64,000 nt of DNA. It comes from Promethearchaeota archaeon. GTDB taxonomy: Archaea > Asgardarchaeota > Lokiarchaeia > Sigyniarchaeales > SOKP01. The notes beneath the pieces were generated by a model. The model saw only the letters and a list, made by a program, of their open reading frames with translations, did no database searches and was not told the origin of the DNA. Below, in pieces: positions 41,065-50,155 of this stretch. The DNA lies in assembly GCA_019058445.1 (NCBI GenBank), contig JAHPZA010000006.1, positions 192,001 to 256,000 on the forward strand. The letters run 5' to 3'. How positions within the stretch are numbered: the stretch's first letter is position 1; each line of letters begins with the position of its first letter. The translations under genes and the position numbers were made by a program.

Positions 41065-41078
41065 TGAATAATAATTCA
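41065..41078. promoter_or_regulatory. Operator TGAATAATAATTCA in the cooT/cdhB divergent promoter
   Basis: 13/14 match to the consensus. Confidence 0.72.
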
Positions 41079-41231
41079 TTTCATTAATAAGTATATTTTT
41101 ATTATAATCTTTATAATTTCCGAGTTATTGTGAATTATCTGTTAAAAATAATGTTTTTTAATTACGTACAATTTTCAAAGGTATAGAATTTAACTAGCAA
41201 TTATTTAAAAAAACAGTCGAAATTGATTATT

Positions 41232-41768
41232 ATGGCAAGACCATATCAAAAAGCAAACATACCTGGACCAGAAATGGGAACTTCAGTGCCTGATCCAGTA
41301 GTTATGGCGAATCTTTTAAAATCTCCGAAGAAAAAAGTGTTTGTCATTGGCTCAGAATCATTAAGCAAAAATATGACGCTTGATGGAAAATTAGTTGCTG
41401 AATACTTTGTAGAAATTGCCAATAAACTTAAATGCCCCGTAGTTGCAACAGGACATGCGCATAAATTCTTGAAGGGTAAAATTGACGCAAACTTACTATA
41501 TGACATGTCTCTCATAAATATTACAGGCAGATTAAGCGATAAAAACTGGAAAGGTCTCGATGGAGAAGGCCAATATGCGATGGCAATTTTTGGTGGACAT
41601 ATTGTTTATTATGTTAGTCAAACATTATCTAGGATAAAGAATTTCACAAATTGGGTACGAACAATAGATCTAGATAAATATTCCCATCCTAATGCTAGAT
41701 TCAGCCTACCAAATTTAAGTAATGCTGAATGGAAGGAATATCTCGAAAAAATCATTGAAAATTTATAA
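41232..41768 (+). CDS. cdhB: CODH/ACS epsilon subunit
   Basis: PYQKANIPGP, WKGLDGEGQY, YYVSQTLS, IDLDKYSHPNARFSLPN. Confidence 0.92.
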   Translation: MARPYQKANIPGPEMGTSVPDPVVMANLLKSPKKKVFVIGSESLSKNMTLDGKLVAEYFVEIANKLKCPVVATGHAHKFLKGKIDANLLYDMSLINITGRLSDKNWKGLDGEGQYAMAIFGGHIVYYVSQTLSRIKNFTNWVRTIDLDKYSHPNARFSLPNLSNAEWKEYLEKIIENL

Positions 41769-41835
41769 ACTAAATAATTGAAAATCTATATTTAATAAAA
41801 TAAATATTATCTTGAAAAAAGTGAGGAAATAAAAT

Positions 41836-43269
41836 ATGAGTTTTTCTGACATCCCTGTGGACGTAGGTCCAGTATACGAGGGTGAAAGGATTCGTGCAAA
41901 GCAGATGTATGTCGAGCTTGGGGGACCTAAAATTGAAACTGGACATTTCGAATTAGTAAGGGTAAGACCAGCAAAAGAGATCAAAGATGGACAGATTAAG
42001 GTCATTGGACCAGATCTTAAGGATATGGAAGAGGGTTCAACCCATCCAATTGGAATTTTAGTGGAGGTTTCAGGCCCTGAGTTGGAAGAGGATTTAGAAG
42101 CAGTTTTTGAAAGGCGAGTGCATGAATTTTGCAATTTTGTTAATGGAATCATGCATTTAAACCAGAGATATACAAATTGGATGCGAATTTCTAAAGCCGC
42201 ATTTGAAAAGGGTTTTAATTCATTCGAGTTATTGGGTACTGTGTTAATTAGACTCTACAAAGCTGAGTTGCCAATCATTAAACAAGCCCAGGTTACAATA
42301 TATACAGATCCTAAGGAAATTGAAAAGCCTTATGAAATGGCAATGAAAGTTTATAACGCAAGAGACGAAAGAGCTCGAAGTATTAACGATGAAGATGTAG
42401 ATATGTATTATGGATGTGTTTTGTGCCAGTCATTTGCACCAACCCATTGTTGTATCATTACTCCAAATCGTATGAGTTTGTGCGGTTCAATATCCTGGTT
42501 TGATGCGAGAGCTGCATCACGAGTGGATCCTAAAGGACCACTCTTTGAAGTAGAGCCAAAGAAATGCTTAAATGATGTCGCTGGCGAATTTGAAGGAGTA
42601 AATGAAACATTAAAGAAACGATCCCTTGGAGAAATAGATAGAATTTATCTTTACTCAGGAATGGAGTACCCACATACTTCCTGTGGCTGTTTTGAAGCCA
42701 TTGATTTTTATATCCCGGAAATAAACGGTCACGGTATCATTGATAGGAGTTATGATGGCGTAGCGATTAATGGCTTACCATTTTCTGCAATGGCGAATCA
42801 AACCGGTGGTGGAAAACAAATGCCTGGTTTCAATGGAATTAGCATACAATACATTATCTCACCAAAATACCAATTATACGATGGACTTCAAGATGGATTA
42901 AAGAGCGGTATTGAAACTGTTGTTTGGATGGGTAAAACAGTTAAGGATCGAATAGCAGAATTTCTTCCAGCCGATTTAGTAGATAAAATAGCAACTGAAG
43001 AAGATGTCCAAGACATCAATCAATTAAGAGATTGGATTGAAAAAGTAAAACATCCGATTATGGAAACTGAGGGCTATAAAGCTGCAATTGGAGGGGAAGA
43101 AGAAGAGGAAGAATGGGAAGAAGAAGGTGCTATGGTTCCAATGGGAACTGTAGGAATGACCATTCCCGGTGCTGGCGGTGTTGGCGGATTTAAAGTAATC
43201 CTTAAAAACTGCAAGATTCACGCAGAATCAATTATCATTAAGAGAATTGAACCTAAGCGAAAGAAATAA
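41836..43269 (+). CDS. cdhC: Acetyl-CoA synthase beta subunit
   Basis: PVDVGPVYEGERIR, GCVLCQSFAPTHCC, HTSCGCFE A-cluster motif. Confidence 0.96.
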   Translation: MSFSDIPVDVGPVYEGERIRAKQMYVELGGPKIETGHFELVRVRPAKEIKDGQIKVIGPDLKDMEEGSTHPIGILVEVSGPELEEDLEAVFERRVHEFCNFVNGIMHLNQRYTNWMRISKAAFEKGFNSFELLGTVLIRLYKAELPIIKQAQVTIYTDPKEIEKPYEMAMKVYNARDERARSINDEDVDMYYGCVLCQSFAPTHCCIITPNRMSLCGSISWFDARAASRVDPKGPLFEVEPKKCLNDVAGEFEGVNETLKKRSLGEIDRIYLYSGMEYPHTSCGCFEAIDFYIPEINGHGIIDRSYDGVAINGLPFSAMANQTGGGKQMPGFNGISIQYIISPKYQLYDGLQDGLKSGIETVVWMGKTVKDRIAEFLPADLVDKIATEEDVQDINQLRDWIEKVKHPIMETEGYKAAIGGEEEEEEWEEEGAMVPMGTVGMTIPGAGGVGGFKVILKNCKIHAESIIIKRIEPKRKK

Positions 43270-43454
43270 TAATTTATTACTTTTTTTACTTTTTTTTGTA
43301 TATTGCTCATAGTGATTCATTGTTCTAAACAATAGTATTACAATCTATCTCGTTCTTATATATTTCATTATTTTTTGAGACTTTTATCATTTATAAGCAC
43401 CTTTAAAATAATGATCATAATACGTCTTGTTAAACAACATTATATAAACTTAAA

Positions 43455-44579
43455 ATGTCGAGTAAGAGCAACTTTAGTTTTATTCATGCAAGTGATATCC
43501 ATCTTGGCAGCAATCAATTTTGGAATATATATCGGTCCTATGATTTTATTAGGGTATTTCATGAAATACTAGACCTGGGAATTTTTCACCAAGTTGATTT
43601 TATTTTATTAGGAGGTGATGTTTTCACCTCACTTGAAGTACTTCCAGAAAATTTAACTAAAATTGTTGAAATATTAAATAATTTTAAAAGTGCTTCCAAT
43701 GAATCAATTCCTTTGATTGCAATCGAGGGAAACCATGATATTCGAAAATATTCAAGAGGGACAAGGATTAATCACGGACAGTCATGGTTAAAATTCCTTG
43801 CGAGCTTAGGATTAATTATTCTTCTTGACGCAAATATTGAGGGTTCACCAGAGCAAATGTTTCCAAATTATGATTTTACTAAAAAAAAGGGAGGGAAAAT
43901 ACAAGTAAAATCCGCTATAATTTATGGGACTCGATATCTTGGTCAAAAACCAGAAGTTTATCTCCCCAAAATTAAAGATGCTATTAAGGTTGATGATGGC
44001 CTGTTTCATATTCTAATCCAACATTTTGGTATTCAAGGTCAGATGGAAAATGTACCCGGAATTGATTTTCAGAAGGTACAAATTTTAAAGGATCGCGTAG
44101 ATTACTTAGCTTTGGGTCATTTTCATCTTCAATTTACTATAGATAATTGGATATTTAATCCGGGTTCTTCTGAAGCTGCTTGTTCAATCGATTTTTCATA
44201 TAAACGAGGTATTTTTTTGGTAAACGTTCTAAAAAGGAATAAATACATTAAACATGTCAATCCGATTAGGCTAAGAAACCGAAAATCTATGTGGAGAACG
44301 ATATATTTCAACACCCAATTCAACGACAAGGAAAAGATGAATAATTTTATTATTCAGAAATTGAAAAATTTACTAAAAAATCTCCGAGATGATTTGGAAC
44401 CTTCTGATCCAAAAGTACCACTCCTATTCTTGTTACTAAAAGGAATAGAACCAGCAAAATCGTGCAAAATTGATGAAAAGTATTTAAGTAAAATCCTTAC
44501 GGAAACATTACCTTTAATCGGAGTAAGAATTTATCAAAAATTTAAGAATCCATTAAAAACAATAGACAAATTCTTTTAA
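43455..44579 (+). CDS. Mre11/SbcD-like metallophosphoesterase nuclease
   Basis: SDIHLG, GGDVF, IEGNHD, LALGHFH, NPGS. Confidence 0.85.
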   Translation: MSSKSNFSFIHASDIHLGSNQFWNIYRSYDFIRVFHEILDLGIFHQVDFILLGGDVFTSLEVLPENLTKIVEILNNFKSASNESIPLIAIEGNHDIRKYSRGTRINHGQSWLKFLASLGLIILLDANIEGSPEQMFPNYDFTKKKGGKIQVKSAIIYGTRYLGQKPEVYLPKIKDAIKVDDGLFHILIQHFGIQGQMENVPGIDFQKVQILKDRVDYLALGHFHLQFTIDNWIFNPGSSEAACSIDFSYKRGIFLVNVLKRNKYIKHVNPIRLRNRKSMWRTIYFNTQFNDKEKMNNFIIQKLKNLLKNLRDDLEPSDPKVPLLFLLLKGIEPAKSCKIDEKYLSKILTETLPLIGVRIYQKFKNPLKTIDKFF

Positions 44580-44610
44580 AAATAATGAAGATTGTAAAAA
44601 TAGTTAGAAT

Positions 44611-45075
44611 TTAGATATAATATCCCGTGCTATCTTCATGATAAGAATCATTCTCATCATCTTCCTCATCGCCGTCATTTTCACCCATGAGTTTTTTATA
44701 GAGAGCTTTTAGAAAATCCTCGGGATTATCAGAATCGACATCTAAATCTTTAAAATCTCTGGGATCGATTTTTATTATACCCCCTTGTTTAAATGGCATA
44801 AATTTGCTTCGCATTTCTTGTTGCATCTTTTCTTGTTTTTTCTGCCGTATGACTAATTCTTTTTTCATCAATTCTTTTAATTCATCAACAACAAGGGTAT
44901 CCAATTCCGAGGGTTCTAAATCCAATAATGTTTGAACTCCAAAAGTTTTCGTAATCTTCTTAATCGCTTTGTCTTTTTTTTCTTCCGGAATCTGATGTAT
45001 TGATTCTAAATTTAATTTATTTAGAATATTTAGCCAATCAAGTTTTATGGTCCAACTATACTCTTTTTCAGACAT
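44611..45075 (-). CDS. Hypothetical helical protein with acidic tail ending GYYI
   Basis: 154-aa ORF filling an intergenic gap; coiled-coil-like middle. Confidence 0.7.
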   Translation of the reverse strand: MSEKEYSWTIKLDWLNILNKLNLESIHQIPEEKKDKAIKKITKTFGVQTLLDLEPSELDTLVVDELKELMKKELVIRQKKQEKMQQEMRSKFMPFKQGGIIKIDPRDFKDLDVDSDNPEDFLKALYKKLMGENDGDEEDDENDSYHEDSTGYYI

Positions 45076-45183
45076 AGGGTTATTTTTTATTTTTTCAAGT
45101 AATATAGTTTTTTATACTAGTTAAAATTTTCTTTTCTGTTCTTGGTAAGATTATGAATTATCATAGATATAAATGTAATCTTT

Positions 45184-46050
45184 TTAACTTATAAATTCTA
45201 AAATATTCGAAATAACCTTTTCAGGAGCATCTACCAATACCCAGTGAGAGGCATTCTCGATTCGAACAATTTTTAAATCGCTTACATAATCTTCTAATCC
45301 TTCTAAAATTTTTGGCGTGAGTGCCATGTCTTTCATGCCATGAATAACCAGTGTAGGGACATTTATCATTCCATTCCAATCGTCAGCAACAGATGGATTT
45401 GCCGCACTTGCTCGATAATAATTAACACCAGCGGTTATCGCCCCGGGTTGAGACCATGCTTCTACATATTTTTCTTTATCAAAATCACTAAAGGCTTTTT
45501 TATTGACAGCCATTCCGAAGACAGCAAATTTTAGAGCTTGAAAATTTTTTTCGAAAAGGATTTTCTCCCCATCAGGCTGTAAAAATCTGAAAATATACCC
45601 ACTGGCTTTGACTTGATTTTTATCTTTTTGTTTCATGAGGAGATTATTAAAGATAAGCAGATGTGGCGCGTTGAGTATTATTAACTTTTTTAATAAATCG
45701 GGATATTTTTCAGCAAAGCCCCATGCCACTACTCCACCCCAATCATGTCCCGCTAGATAAAATTTACCTAAATTTAATTTTTCACTTAGGCCTTTTATGT
45801 CATCCACGAGAATCTGCAGGGAATAATTTTCAACACCATCTGGCTTATCTGAGAGGTTGTACCCTCGCATATCGGGAATAATTAATTGATATTTATCTTT
45901 TAATCCCGGAATCACATCTTTCCAACAATACCAAAATTCCGGAAATCCATGAAGCAGAACTATGGGCTCTCCAGCACCGATTATAACGATATGAAGTTTT
46001 ACTCCATTAATTTCAATATATTTTTCTTCAATTTCGTCTAATATTGTCAT
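45184..46050 (-). CDS. Alpha/beta hydrolase, epoxide hydrolase-like
   Basis: LLHGFPEFWY, PDMRGY, GHDWGG, NYYRA, ASHW. Confidence 0.9.
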   Translation of the reverse strand: MTILDEIEEKYIEINGVKLHIVIIGAGEPIVLLHGFPEFWYCWKDVIPGLKDKYQLIIPDMRGYNLSDKPDGVENYSLQILVDDIKGLSEKLNLGKFYLAGHDWGGVVAWGFAEKYPDLLKKLIILNAPHLLIFNNLLMKQKDKNQVKASGYIFRFLQPDGEKILFEKNFQALKFAVFGMAVNKKAFSDFDKEKYVEAWSQPGAITAGVNYYRASAANPSVADDWNGMINVPTLVIHGMKDMALTPKILEGLEDYVSDLKIVRIENASHWVLVDAPEKVISNILEFIS

Positions 46051-46306
46051 TCAAAGATCAACTTTAGTAATTATTAACTACCCAAATTATACTATTTATA
46101 TTAATATTGACCTTTTTTTATATAGAGAAATGAAAAATAACAATATCATTTTGATCTTAAATAATAAAATAGGTTAAAATTTGATTGTTCTATCTGTCAC
46201 AACAAATTTCTGATTAAAACGATTTTTAAGGGAATAAACTATTAGAAATTCACTAAAAAATAAATGATTATTTAGGCCGGAATATAACTTACTCTAAGGG
46301 GATATT

Positions 46307-47428
46307 ATGGTAAGTATTATAGATGCGATATTTACAATTTTAGTAATTAATGCGATACTTTTAGCACTTGGAAGTATAATATTTGGAGTTGCATGTTGGC
46401 GTAAACGAGATTTAATCTCATATCTTCCAATCTATATTACCTTTTCCATTGGAAATGCTTTTTATTTAAACCAGTTTGTTGATGTTACTTATCAAATCAT
46501 TGGCGCGATGTTTTTTGTTGGTGCGGCTTTGTGTATATTTACTGCATCATTTCAAGATTATTATAAGAATTTTATCAAACCAAATCATAGAGCATCTCAA
46601 ATCTCTAATATCACTCTTGCTACTGTAGTTGTAAGTCCATTGGTTATAGCTATGCAAATTATCTTGGTAATTTTATTAATATGTGCCTCGATAATGCTCT
46701 TGCGTGTATATTTAAAAACAAGATCAACCATAAAATTACTATTTATGACATGTGCTATGGCTGCTGTGTTGGGACTTATATTACAATTAAATCCATTTTT
46801 TGAATTAGAATTTGCTTTATTTTTAGGGAATGCAGTTGCAACAGTTTATATCTCGATACTTCTTGTTATAGGAATTGTTGCTAATATAGAATTACAGCTA
46901 GATAAATCTATGGATACTCTGAAGAGGGTAATAAATTCAGCACAAAATGTAAGTGTTGATACTTCCAATATGGCAACTGAATTAGCTGCAAGTGCTAGCG
47001 AGGTAAATGCATCATCTGAGGAAATTGCTTCCACTGTACAAGTAATGAATAATGAAACACAAATTATAATGGATTCTACAGATGATTTATATAATGTAAT
47101 GGAATTAATAAAAAGTATAGCTGATCAAACAAATCTATTAGCTTTAAATGCTGCTATAGAAGCAGGGAGAGCAGGTGAATATGGAAGAGGTTTTGCGGTG
47201 GTTGCTGATGAAGTACGAAAATTAGCAGAGGAATCGAAAAGCGCCGTTGAAAATACGTCATATAAGATTGATGGAATCATTAAGAATATTCAAAAATCTA
47301 CTAATTCAATGGAAGGAATTAGTGCTTCAACGGAAGAACAAACCGCATCAATGGAAGAAATAACAGCTATGGCTAATAAACTAGGTTCAATGGCCGAAGA
47401 ATTAAGAAAAAATCTAACAATGGAGTAA
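46307..47428 (+). CDS. MCP-like receptor, 6-7 TM, no HAMP
   Basis: [35 protein letters not shown] motif. Confidence 0.9.
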   Translation: MVSIIDAIFTILVINAILLALGSIIFGVACWRKRDLISYLPIYITFSIGNAFYLNQFVDVTYQIIGAMFFVGAALCIFTASFQDYYKNFIKPNHRASQISNITLATVVVSPLVIAMQIILVILLICASIMLLRVYLKTRSTIKLLFMTCAMAAVLGLILQLNPFFELEFALFLGNAVATVYISILLVIGIVANIELQLDKSMDTLKRVINSAQNVSVDTSNMATELAASASEVNASSEEIASTVQVMNNETQIIMDSTDDLYNVMELIKSIADQTNLLALNAAIEAGRAGEYGRGFAVVADEVRKLAEESKSAVENTSYKIDGIIKNIQKSTNSMEGISASTEEQTASMEEITAMANKLGSMAEELRKNLTME

Positions 47429-47446
47429 TTTTCAATAGAAATATCA

Positions 47447-48403
47447 TTATTTTACTCTTTTTTTTTTAAGTTGTGCTCTATATTTAGTTCTCCATTTCGG
47501 TTCTATTATATTTAAAGCATTCACAGCTTCCTCTCTCACCCAATAATACCAATCTTTTAGTGCATTTAATAATAAGTTAGTAGCTTTTTTATCGCCGAGT
47601 TCTCCTAAGGCTTTAATGACACCTCGTCGCAAATATCCCACTTTAATATTGTCATTATTAATTTCGGTGTCTTCTAAGATGCTCAATAATCTATTAATCA
47701 AAATATTTTCATCTAATTTCTTTTTAAGAGCATCAAGGGCAAATCTCCATACATCAAAACTGTCTAATCCAAGGCAATCTAATAAATTGGGAATTGCAGC
47801 ATCGGGAAAATGAGTTAAATTACTTAATGCTTCAATTGCACATATGCGAATCTGTTTATTAGATGATTTTAGCATTTCTACTAAATCATTCGTTGCAGAA
47901 TTCTCTTTTAGGAACCCTAAAGATTCAGCAGCTTCTATTTTAAGATTATCATCATTACTTCTTAACAATTTTTTTAAACTTTCAATAATTAGGGCTCTAT
48001 ATTCACTTCGATACGCCAAAGGCACTAATAATCTAATAGCAGTTAATTTAATCTCATTCTTTTGTTCATTTTCTAAGACCCAAATTAGCGGTTGTATAGC
48101 TTTCGCTTTTCTTTCATTATAATGAAACGCTAATAATTTAGCTGCCTCAATTCGGACGTCTGGATCTTCATCTGATATAAAATAATTTTCAATTTCTTCA
48201 AAATGAGTCTTATCATGTAATTCGTTTAAAGTTTCTAAAATTTTGACTCTTGTGGTTTTCAAATCTGTTATTGAATATAGACCATGAAGCCGCTCAATCG
48301 CTTCGCTTCTACTTATTTTATTGAGATCTTTCAATATCTTATCAAGTGACGTCAAATTATAGTATAGAAGTTTTTTTTCATATAATTTCGTGATAATGAA
48401 CAT
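47447..48403 (-). CDS. HEAT-repeat (PBS lyase-type) protein (start uncertain)
   Basis: DEDPDVRIEAAKLL, EAAESLG, ALGELGD, VREEAVNAL repeats. Confidence 0.85.
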   Translation of the reverse strand: MFIITKLYEKKLLYYNLTSLDKILKDLNKISRSEAIERLHGLYSITDLKTTRVKILETLNELHDKTHFEEIENYFISDEDPDVRIEAAKLLAFHYNERKAKAIQPLIWVLENEQKNEIKLTAIRLLVPLAYRSEYRALIIESLKKLLRSNDDNLKIEAAESLGFLKENSATNDLVEMLKSSNKQIRICAIEALSNLTHFPDAAIPNLLDCLGLDSFDVWRFALDALKKKLDENILINRLLSILEDTEINNDNIKVGYLRRGVIKALGELGDKKATNLLLNALKDWYYWVREEAVNALNIIEPKWRTKYRAQLKKKRVK

Positions 48404-48532
48404 TTAAAATTTATACTTAAAATTTATATTGACAGATCTTAATTTTGCTATAATCTTTTTTTAAATAAGAAGAGATACTTAAAACGATAACAAAATAAAA
48501 TAAATAAAATATTAGAAATCCGTTTTCCTCAT

Positions 48533-48781
48533 TTATCCGAAGAATTTTTTAAGAGATTTTTTGAAATCTTTGCTTGAAGTACTGCTTATTTCACCCCATT
48601 CATACTTCCCATGTTTTGTTTTCCTATGGTTGAAATAATTATTAAATGATCTCTCGAAATCGAATGCACTCATACTAGTTTCTTCTCCGAACTTAATTTG
48701 GAATAAATGACGAAATAAATCATAGAATAAAGCGGGCATTTCTTTATGTTCACCTTTTATAGCTATTAAATTTTTATTCAA
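48533..48781 (-). CDS. Small hypothetical protein
   Basis: 82-aa ORF alone in an intergenic gap. Confidence 0.45.
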   Translation of the reverse strand: MNKNLIAIKGEHKEMPALFYDLFRHLFQIKFGEETSMSAFDFERSFNNYFNHRKTKHGKYEWGEISSTSSKDFKKSLKKFFG

Positions 48782-48969
48782 ATACTTATTTAATTAATCA
48801 AATATTGTTCTTAGATAAACAACCAATTTCATATTTAAATATTATCACACGAATAATATTTTCATATTTAGTTACGATTCATAAAAAAATTAATAAAAAC
48901 CAAAATAAAATTGAATTTCTTTTTCGAGATTGATCATACAAATAAAATCAATCAATCTACAATTAAAAA

Positions 48970-49527
48970 TTACTCGAACAATTCAATTATTGCATATCCC
49001 GGACTGTTAATTCTTTTTCGAAAGTAGAGCGTCCCTTCGTCAATTTCTTTTGTTTTGATGTATCCCCTAGCATAGTCCTTTTCTGAGATGTAGTCTCTTT
49101 GTCCAGCTTCAAATCGTTTGATTATTTTTCCTTCTTTCTCAATATGAATTTTAGTTTCTGTTTTTTGTTTTATCTCAAAGTAAAGCCTCTTGCCGTTAAT
49201 TTCTTTCAAGATTGCTTCAGTAATTAGAGTATCACCGGCTCTTACGGGATGTCTCATTTCAACACCGATTTTGATAATTTTCCCGTATTTTTCCTGTTCA
49301 ATAAAATCATCAAATATTTTGGTTATAAAACCGTAACTAAACAAGCCATGAGCAATTACGCCCTTATAACCCGCCTTTTGAGCACGATCGTCGTCATCGT
49401 GAATAAAATTAGACGCTAATTTGGCAAATCCTCCTAATTTGGAATAATTCCTTATTAAATCTCGCGTTATTTGATCGAACTCGTCCCTAATTACCTTCCC
49501 TATTTTGAGATCCTTTATTTTTACCAT
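48970..49527 (-). CDS. MaoC-family hot-dog dehydratase-like protein
   Basis: NFIHDDDDRAQKAGYKGVIAHG, HPVRAGDTL. Confidence 0.8.
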   Translation of the reverse strand: MVKIKDLKIGKVIRDEFDQITRDLIRNYSKLGGFAKLASNFIHDDDDRAQKAGYKGVIAHGLFSYGFITKIFDDFIEQEKYGKIIKIGVEMRHPVRAGDTLITEAILKEINGKRLYFEIKQKTETKIHIEKEGKIIKRFEAGQRDYISEKDYARGYIKTKEIDEGTLYFRKRINSPGYAIIELFE

Positions 49528-49528
49528 T

Positions 49529-50038
49529 TTAGTATCCTCCTGGAGCTATGGTTGCGACACTTTTCACTTTACATACCAGTTCACCGCGTTGGTTTCTTGC
49601 TGTTTGAAAAATTTCGCCGAACAATCTCATCTTTTCGTTTACCCAGATTTTACCAATTTTCCCTCGAATTGTGAGAAAATCCCCCGGTCTAATCTTAACG
49701 CATCCGTCCCAATCATATTCGTTTGCTGCATGAAGTAATTTCGAAAAATCTAAAAGAAACCCCCTCTTTTTGCCATTTTGTTCAAACGATATGGTTGCCA
49801 TATTTATATACAGTTTGGCAGAAAACACGTTTGCAAATGCGGGACATGCTATGATTCCACTTTCTTCCGGACCTATATATTTAGGGTCCGAAATTCCAAA
49901 ACATTTTGCAAATGCTACCATATGTTTATATCTACAGCGGAATTTAACTATACCTGGAATTTCCATCCCTGGAAGATAGTTTATTAAAAATTTCGCATTC
50001 TTTTTGATTTCCTCTAGTTCCATAATATCATATAACAT
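49529..50038 (-). CDS. MaoC/FAS1-dehydratase N-terminal-like hot-dog protein
   Basis: FAKCFGISDPKY, IACPAF, LLHAANEY, IRPGD, RNQRGELVC. Confidence 0.8.
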   Translation of the reverse strand: MLYDIMELEEIKKNAKFLINYLPGMEIPGIVKFRCRYKHMVAFAKCFGISDPKYIGPEESGIIACPAFANVFSAKLYINMATISFEQNGKKRGFLLDFSKLLHAANEYDWDGCVKIRPGDFLTIRGKIGKIWVNEKMRLFGEIFQTARNQRGELVCKVKSVATIAPGGY

Positions 50039-50155
50039 TGTTTTTATAGTAAATTATCAAAGAGTTATAAATATAAATTTGATTTCCAAATTATTAATTG
50101 AACGACTCATTCGTATTTAATATTATTTTCTTTTTTAATTTGGAGTTTAAATAAA

